The notes below the pieces were generated by a model. It had not been told where the DNA came from. It was given only the letters and a program-made list of their open reading frames with translations, and did no database searches. Below, in pieces: positions 58,670 through 64,000 of a stretch of DNA of 64,000 bases. A program made the position numbers and the translations under genes. Source of the stretch: an uncultured Bacteroidales bacterium (GTDB taxonomy: Bacteria; Bacteroidota; Bacteroidia; Bacteroidales; FEN-979); assembly GCA_903916595.1 (NCBI GenBank), contig CAIWXI010000010.1:25311-89310 (forward strand), read 5' to 3'. The stretch's first letter is position 1, and each line of letters begins with the position of its first letter.

Positions 58670-59629
58670 ATGGAAAACAAGAATTATAAGATCGGGATCA
58701 TCGGATTAGGGCCCATAGGCCATACTTTAGCCGTGCATTTCAAGCATGCAGGATGTGAAGTTGCTATTACTGACCTTGACAGGGGCAAGCTCAGCCTGAT
58801 CATGCAGGAAGGGATCGAATTAGTTAACCGTCTTGAGAAAAAATCTTTTTTCAAACATGTTTACTATTCACTGGAGGAGATGCTTGAACATGATTTTGAC
58901 ATTCTCATCTCCGCTGTAAAAGATTATCATGTCGATCATATTGTCCAGGTCATTAAACGTAATCTCAAGAAAGATGTGTTCCTGCTGAGCGCTCAAAACG
59001 GGATTGACGTCAGAAAAAAATACCTCGCTCATTTTCCGAACTCATCAATCCTCAGGATGGTGATCAATTTTGCCGGGAACCTTCAGGCACCGAATGTAAC
59101 GGCGATTAGCTTTTTTAATCCTCCTAATTACATTGGTTCAATGGATGATTCACAGGAGGAGTTGGCAAAATGGGTTGCTGCAACATTATCAAGTGTGGGC
59201 ATGAAAACAGAACAGGCAAATTCATTCACAATTATCGACAAGATATGGGAAAAGACTATTCTTAACGCGGCTCTCAGTCCGCTCTGCGCCATATCCCGTC
59301 TTACCATGAAAGAAGCCATGAACAATGGCGATACCCTGGAAATTATCGAACAGATACTGTATGAAGCAGTACAGGTTGCTAATGCCGAAGAAATAAAGCT
59401 CCCCGACAATTTTATCAAACTGGCGATACGTTACCTCAGCAATGCAGGGAATCATATGCCATCCCTTGCCGTTGACCTTATAAATAACCGGGAGACCGAG
59501 ATCGACTTCATGAACGGGAAAATCGTTGAATACGGAAGAAAACATTATATAAAAACCCCAATAAACCTTGTTCTTACCAACCTCGTCAATGCCATCTCCT
59601 GCAAAAACGGAGTCGGGAAATGTAAGTAA
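58670..59629 (+). CDS. 2-dehydropantoate 2-reductase (PanE/ApbA) family oxidoreductase
   Basis: Rossmann motif 'KIGIIGLGPIGHTLA'. ApbA_C-like 'MPSLAVDLINNRETEIDFMNGKIVEYGRKHYIKTPINLVL'. Confidence 0.75.
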   Translation: MENKNYKIGIIGLGPIGHTLAVHFKHAGCEVAITDLDRGKLSLIMQEGIELVNRLEKKSFFKHVYYSLEEMLEHDFDILISAVKDYHVDHIVQVIKRNLKKDVFLLSAQNGIDVRKKYLAHFPNSSILRMVINFAGNLQAPNVTAISFFNPPNYIGSMDDSQEELAKWVAATLSSVGMKTEQANSFTIIDKIWEKTILNAALSPLCAISRLTMKEAMNNGDTLEIIEQILYEAVQVANAEEIKLPDNFIKLAIRYLSNAGNHMPSLAVDLINNRETEIDFMNGKIVEYGRKHYIKTPINLVLTNLVNAISCKNGVGKCK

Positions 59630-59675
59630 ATCGTACATCGTACATCGTACATCGTACTTCGCACATCGTACATCG
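59630..59675. repeat. tandem heptamer (ATCGTAC) x6.5 immediately after the PanE-like stop codon, inside the cluster
   Basis: atcgtac x4, ttcgcac, atcgtac, atcg, read directly. Confidence 0.95.
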
Positions 59676-59697
59676 AATATTATAAAAGTCAACCGTG

Positions 59698-60759
59698 ATG
59701 AAAAAAATATTGTTCTCCTTCCAAATGACCGCTCCCGATGCTGATTTTCAGCTTACCGAAAGCGTATTACCTGTCCCTGCCGAACATGAAGCCCTTGTAA
59801 AAATAGCAGGCTGCGGTGTTTGTCATACCGACCTCAGCTTCTGGCATCACGGAGTGAAAACAAAGAAAGAACTTCCTCTTACACTGGGGCACGAAATCAG
59901 CGGAACCGTTGTTGCTGGTCCTGCTCAATGGCTTGGAAAAAATGTGATCATTCCGGCTGTTTTGCCATGCGGGGAATGTGAATTATGCCGTAAAGGCAGA
60001 AGTAATATGTGCCAGAAACAACTTATGCCGGGGAATGATTTCAATGGTGGCTTTGCTTCACATATCCTTGTTCCGTCGAGATTTCTTTGCGAAGTGCCGG
60101 ATTCCCTGTTGTCAAAATATTCCCTTGAAAAATTATCGGTCATCGCCGATGCCATTTCAACTCCTTACCAGGTCATTAAAAAGTCGGAACTCGAAGCAGG
60201 TGATTTTGCTATCGTGATCGGAGTGGGAGGTGTTGGCATTTATGCTGCGCTGATTGCACGTATATTCGGTGCTAAGGTGTTAGCTCTCGATATCGATGAT
60301 AATAAGCTTGAAACAGCGAAGAAGCATGGAATTGACGCAGTACTGAACATAAAAGGCCTGGATATAAAAGCGATCAAGGAAAACGTAAGGGAAATAGCGA
60401 AAGGGCTCGGAGTTTCACGTTACGGATGGAAGATTTTCGAGATGTCGGGAACCAAACCCGGACAGGAACTCGGATTTAATCTGATCACCTTCACCTCAAC
60501 CCTGTCAATCGTGGGGTTCACTCTCGACCGGACTGAAGTTCGCCTGAGTAACCTGATGGCGTTTGATGCAAAAGTCATAGGGACCTGGGGCTGTAAACCG
60601 GAACTTTATCCCGAAGTCGTGGATCTTATCGCCACAGGCAAGTTGAAGATCGATGATTTTATTGAAACTTTTCCCTTGTCAAAGATCAACGAAGTGTTCC
60701 GGAATACCCTGAACCATATGTATTCAAAGAGATCGGTACTGGTCCCGGATTTTGATTAA
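59698..60759 (+). CDS. had: 6-hydroxycyclohex-1-ene-1-carbonyl-CoA dehydrogenase-like (Zn-dependent MDR family)
   Basis: 'GCGVCHTDLSFWHHGV...PLTLGHEISGTVV', structural-Zn 'CGECELCRKGRSNMC' and 'VIGVGGVGIYA'. Size and position next to oah and dch support the call. The ORF track begins at GTG 59695. Confidence 0.7.
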   Translation: MKKILFSFQMTAPDADFQLTESVLPVPAEHEALVKIAGCGVCHTDLSFWHHGVKTKKELPLTLGHEISGTVVAGPAQWLGKNVIIPAVLPCGECELCRKGRSNMCQKQLMPGNDFNGGFASHILVPSRFLCEVPDSLLSKYSLEKLSVIADAISTPYQVIKKSELEAGDFAIVIGVGGVGIYAALIARIFGAKVLALDIDDNKLETAKKHGIDAVLNIKGLDIKAIKENVREIAKGLGVSRYGWKIFEMSGTKPGQELGFNLITFTSTLSIVGFTLDRTEVRLSNLMAFDAKVIGTWGCKPELYPEVVDLIATGKLKIDDFIETFPLSKINEVFRNTLNHMYSKRSVLVPDFD

Positions 60760-60786
60760 ACAGTTTCATTCATAAAAAACAATACT

Positions 60787-61878
60787 ATGTTAGCAAGTCA
60801 CAATCTTACGGAATTCAGTTACAAGGCGATACTGTTCGAAAAACGTCCCTGTCTCGACCATGGCGGTAAGCCCGTAGAAGGGTTGTTTAATGCCTGGATC
60901 ATTCTCAACAACCCCCAGCAGTTCAACTCATATACAACCGAAGCGGTCAAGGAGGTGATCCTTGCGATGCGTGAAGCCTCGAACGATCGCAGCGTGGTTG
61001 CCATAGTCTTTACTGCGGTAGGCGACAAGGCTTTCTGTACTGGTGGCAACACCAGGGAGTATGCCGAATATTATGCCGGAAACCCCCAGGAATACAAGCA
61101 ATACATGCGTTTGTTCAACGATATGGTTTCTGCTATTCTGATGAACGACAAGCCGGTTGTTTGCCGGGTCAACGGGATGAGGATAGGGGGCGGACAGGAG
61201 ATTGGTATGGCCTGTGATTTTTCAATTGCCCAGGATTTTGCGAGATTCGGGCAGGCCGGTCCTAAGCACGGAAGCGCACCCGACGGGGGATCCACCGACT
61301 TCCTTCCGCTTTTTGTCGGAATTGAAAGTGCCATGTTCTCCTGTACAGTTTGTGATCCGTGGTCAGCCTACGAAGCCCTGAAAGGCGGATTGCTGACCGA
61401 AGTGGTCCCGGCCCTGAAAGTCAATGGTGAATTTATTCCCAATCCGCTTGTTTATACCGATCAGTGGGTGAACAGCAAGGGGCAGATCATCTATGGAAAA
61501 TCCAAAACAGGAGAGGAACTCGCCAAAGCAAAAGAACTGGTGAAAACAGGCGTGATGGATCTCGCGATGCTGGATATGGCCGTTGAGAAATTTTGTACCA
61601 GGCTGATGTACCTTATGCCCAACTGCCTTAGTAAAACCCTCAATTCCCTCAGAAAACATAAACTCGAGCATTGGGATAAGAACAAGGAAAGCAACCGTGA
61701 CTGGCTGGCACTGAACATGATGACCGAAGGCAAAGCCGGTTTCCGCGCTTTCAACGACGGTCCCAAAGATAAGCGGGAAGCTGATTTTATCAAACTCAGG
61801 CAGATGCTTGCCCAGGGCCATGAATGGAATGATGACCTCATTAAAGCCATATCCCCCCAGTTTCAGGAAACAAAATAA
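60787..61878 (+). CDS. oah: 6-oxocyclohex-1-ene-1-carbonyl-CoA hydrolase (ring-cleaving crotonase, Oah/BamA)
   Basis: 'PQQFNSYTTEA', 'CTGGNTREYAEYYAGNPQEYKQYMRLFNDMV' and 'NGMRIGGGQEIGMACDF'. At 363 aa it is much longer than ordinary enoyl-CoA hydratases. Confidence 0.85.
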   Translation: MLASHNLTEFSYKAILFEKRPCLDHGGKPVEGLFNAWIILNNPQQFNSYTTEAVKEVILAMREASNDRSVVAIVFTAVGDKAFCTGGNTREYAEYYAGNPQEYKQYMRLFNDMVSAILMNDKPVVCRVNGMRIGGGQEIGMACDFSIAQDFARFGQAGPKHGSAPDGGSTDFLPLFVGIESAMFSCTVCDPWSAYEALKGGLLTEVVPALKVNGEFIPNPLVYTDQWVNSKGQIIYGKSKTGEELAKAKELVKTGVMDLAMLDMAVEKFCTRLMYLMPNCLSKTLNSLRKHKLEHWDKNKESNRDWLALNMMTEGKAGFRAFNDGPKDKREADFIKLRQMLAQGHEWNDDLIKAISPQFQETK

Positions 61879-61889
61879 TATCAGCAAGA

Positions 61890-62663
61890 ATGCAAAAGAT
61901 CAAAGTAGAATACCTGTACGACAATGCCGTGGCCAGGGTCATACTTGACGATGGCAAAGCCAATATCCTCGACAGCATCATGATGAGCGAGATCAATGAT
62001 TTCCTTACATCATTGAAAGATAAAAAGGAGGTCAAGCTGATCACCTTCGAAGGCGCCGGAAATAATTTTTCATATGGCGCCAGTGTGGCAGAGCACACCA
62101 AAGATAAGGCTGCGGAGATGCTGGATAGTTTCCATAAAATGTTCTTTTTACTTATCGGATTGCATATTCCCACTTTGGCCAAATTGTCGGGGAATTGCCT
62201 TGGCGGTGGATTTGAGCTGCCCCTGGCCTGTAATTTCATTTTCGCCGATAAGACTGCCAGGATCGGGCAGCCTGAGGTCATCCTGGGAGTGTTCGCTCCT
62301 CCGGCTTCAGTGATACTGCCGCTTAAAGTGGGCAATACAAGGGCCGAAGAACTGCTGATCACCGGAAGAGTTATTACGGCAGATGAAGCTAAAAATATCG
62401 GACTGGTCAATGATGTCTTCGACGACAGGGCCAGCCTCGATGCTGCCGTGGAGGCGTGGATACAAAAGAATATTCTTCCGAAAAGCGCTTCTGCACTCAG
62501 ATTTGCGACCCGGGCTGCCAGGGCCTCATTTGATTTCTTTATGCTGAAACATCTGCCGGCTTTCGCCGATATGTACGTTAAGGAAATGATGGAAACCCAT
62601 GATGCCAATGAAGGAATTAATTCATTTCTCGAAAAGAGAAAACCTGAATGGAAAAACTGTTAA
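61890..62663 (+). CDS. dch: cyclohexa-1,5-diene-1-carbonyl-CoA hydratase-like enoyl-CoA hydratase
   Basis: Crotonase fold 'FEGAGNNFSYGASVAEH' and 'GNCLGGGFELPLACNFIFA...IGQPEVILGVFAP'. 257 aa, adjacent to oah. Confidence 0.7.
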   Translation: MQKIKVEYLYDNAVARVILDDGKANILDSIMMSEINDFLTSLKDKKEVKLITFEGAGNNFSYGASVAEHTKDKAAEMLDSFHKMFFLLIGLHIPTLAKLSGNCLGGGFELPLACNFIFADKTARIGQPEVILGVFAPPASVILPLKVGNTRAEELLITGRVITADEAKNIGLVNDVFDDRASLDAAVEAWIQKNILPKSASALRFATRAARASFDFFMLKHLPAFADMYVKEMMETHDANEGINSFLEKRKPEWKNC

Positions 62664-63913
62664 ACATGAGTGAACCAATAATCCAGGAAAAAAGCGAGCT
62701 TGTAAAGCTGCAATCGGCCGGCGAATTACGAAAGACCATGGATGGGTATTTCTCCCGTCTGAGGGAAGCAGCCGAAACCGGAGTAAGAAAAGTCGCCTGG
62801 TGCACCAGTGTCGGACCTGCCGAACTCTTATATTCCATGGGCTTCGAGGTGTATTTCCCCGAGAACCACGGAGCTATGCTTGGCGCCGGAAAGAATGCCG
62901 ATAAATACATCCCCTCGGCCGTCGCCCATGGGTATTCTCCCGAGATCTGCTCTTACCTCACCAGCGACATAGGCGCCTTCCTGCAAAACGAAACCCCGCT
63001 TCAGAAAAGCGGGTTCAAGTCGGTACCCAAACCCGATGTGCTGGTCTACAATACGAACCAGTGCAGGGAAGTTGCCGACTGGTTTGGCTTTTATGCCAGG
63101 CATTTTAATGTGCCCATTCTTGGTATTCATACCCCTCTTTGTATTCCTGAACTCACCCCGGAAATAATAAAAACGGTAGCGGATCAGTACCGGAACATAA
63201 TTCCCTCACTGGAGCAGGTCGCCGGACGAAAATTCGACATGGACCTGTTCAGGCAGGCAGTGGCGCTTTCGCACGACGGCTGCGTTCTGTGGAAAGAGAT
63301 CCTGGGGAAAGCAAAGCACAGGCCTTCACCCATCAATTTCTTCGATTCGGCCATCCATATGGGCCCTATCGTAGTGATGCGGGGAACTCAATACGCCGTG
63401 GATTATTATAAAGTACTCCTGGCCGAGCTGGATCAAAGGATACAGGATGGGATCAGCGCCGTACCTCATGAAAAACACAGAATTTACTGGGAAGGCATGC
63501 CCCTCTGGTATAAACTCAGCAGCATGGCCAAGTTGTTTTCCAAATTTAATACCAGCATAGTCGCCTCCACATACTGCAACAGCTGGGTATTCGACGACCT
63601 TGACCCTGCCGATCCATTTGAATCCTCGGCTCTTGCTTATTGCAAACTGTTCATCGTAAGGTCTGATGCAGTCAAGGAAGACATCCTTCAGCAACTGATG
63701 ATCGATTTTTCGGTGGATGGCATTATCTACCATGAATCAAAGACCTGTACAAGGAACTCTAACAACCTGTTCGGCTTGCAGAACCGGCTGTTCAAAAAGA
63801 CCCGGCTGCCCTTCATAGAAATTAACGGAGATCTCAATGACCCCCGTTGTTTCAGTGAAGAGCAAAGCATCATCGCAATTGAAACATTCATACATCAACT
63901 TTCCGGCAGATGA
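62648..63913 (+). CDS. additional 2-hydroxyacyl-CoA dehydratase / benzoyl-CoA reductase family subunit (HgdA/BcrB-like paralogue)
   Basis: 'KVAWCTSVGPAELLYSMGFEVYFPENHGAMLGA', 'YSPEICSYLTSDIG', 'NTNQCREVADWF' and 'YHESKTCTRNSNN'. 16-nt overlap with dch; an alternative ATG lies at 62666. Confidence 0.75.
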   Translation: MEKLLNMSEPIIQEKSELVKLQSAGELRKTMDGYFSRLREAAETGVRKVAWCTSVGPAELLYSMGFEVYFPENHGAMLGAGKNADKYIPSAVAHGYSPEICSYLTSDIGAFLQNETPLQKSGFKSVPKPDVLVYNTNQCREVADWFGFYARHFNVPILGIHTPLCIPELTPEIIKTVADQYRNIIPSLEQVAGRKFDMDLFRQAVALSHDGCVLWKEILGKAKHRPSPINFFDSAIHMGPIVVMRGTQYAVDYYKVLLAELDQRIQDGISAVPHEKHRIYWEGMPLWYKLSSMAKLFSKFNTSIVASTYCNSWVFDDLDPADPFESSALAYCKLFIVRSDAVKEDILQQLMIDFSVDGIIYHESKTCTRNSNNLFGLQNRLFKKTRLPFIEINGDLNDPRCFSEEQSIIAIETFIHQLSGR

Positions 63914-63923
63914 TAAACCACAA

Positions 63924-64000
63924 TTCGTACATCGTACATCGTACATCGTACATCGTACATCGTACATCGTACATCGTACATCGTACATCGTACATCGTTT
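63924..64000. repeat. tandem heptamer (ATCGTAC) x at least 10.5, running to the window edge
   Basis: ttcgtac followed by nine atcgtac units, then atcgttt at the window end. Same orientation as the 59630 array. Confidence 0.95.

Noticed and set aside
61841-62608. Long antisense ORFs. The 255-aa ORF here lies opposite dch. Others lie at 52729-53550 opposite bcrB, 61363-61887 opposite oah, 9600-10268 opposite carA, 11165-11920 opposite carB, and 6878-7405 and 8282-8797 opposite GH38.
   Set aside because: These are shadow ORFs fully nested opposite genes with strong family signatures. Their sequences are low-complexity or Ser/Arg-rich and show no motifs.
13501-64000. Whether the short tandem arrays could be CRISPR arrays.
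   Set aside because: Units are 7-12 bp and strictly contiguous with no spacers. No cas genes are present in the window.
50600-64000. The bcr cluster as a recently acquired mobile genomic island.
   Set aside because: No integrase, transposase, tRNA or flanking long direct repeats are visible at the left border, and base composition looks similar by eye. Older acquisition is still possible. This needs computed GC and codon statistics plus comparative synteny.

Overview
This 64-kb window looks like an ordinary chromosomal segment of a Bacteroidota-like genome. The taxonomic call rests on HTCS-type propeller sensors, an ECF sigma/DUF4252 trio, the psd-cdsA-ftsH-rsfS neighbourhood and TAnnTTTG-type promoter boxes. 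I support 52 protein-coding genes. By eye I found no rRNA, tRNA, CRISPR array, transposase or integrase.

Layout:
- 1-9.2 kb: glycan-degradation genes (sensor fragment, sialate O-acetylesterase, GH29 fucosidase, GH38 mannosidase).
- 9.2-51.6 kb: mostly housekeeping (carAB, sulfatase, nhaA, guaB, SurA/PPIase set, moxR, pstSCAB, POT transporter, ECF sigma module, psd, cdsA, ftsH, rsfS, uvrA, rfbC, lpdA).
- 51.7-64.0 kb: the stand-out region, a compact same-strand cluster encoding what appears to be a complete ATP-dependent (class I, Thauera-type) benzoyl-CoA dearomatisation and ring-cleavage pathway. Gene order is bcrC-bcrB-bcrA-bcrD, a fused ADP-forming acyl-CoA synthetase, a PanE/ApbA-like reductase, had, oah (bamA), dch, and then a further HgdA/BcrB-family subunit that runs up to the window edge.

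Unusual points of the cluster:
- The host context is not the usual facultatively anaerobic Proteobacteria.
- An ADP-forming synthetase sits where an AMP-forming benzoate-CoA ligase would be expected.
- No ferredoxin gene is present in the cluster.
- The bcrC homology extends about 49 codons upstream of the first ATG, GTG or TTG.

A second, independent oddity is a family of short-period tandem repeats sitting exactly at gene ends. They are a heptamer (ATCGTAC/GATGTAC), an octamer (AATGGTGA/ATTTCACC) and an in-frame 12-mer. Some form long repeat-armed hairpins. The octamer encodes the last codons of two unrelated genes, which share an EMVK tail. Two heptamer arrays directly bracket the had-oah-dch block.

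All functional calls are motif recognition by eye on the supplied translations. No database search was run.
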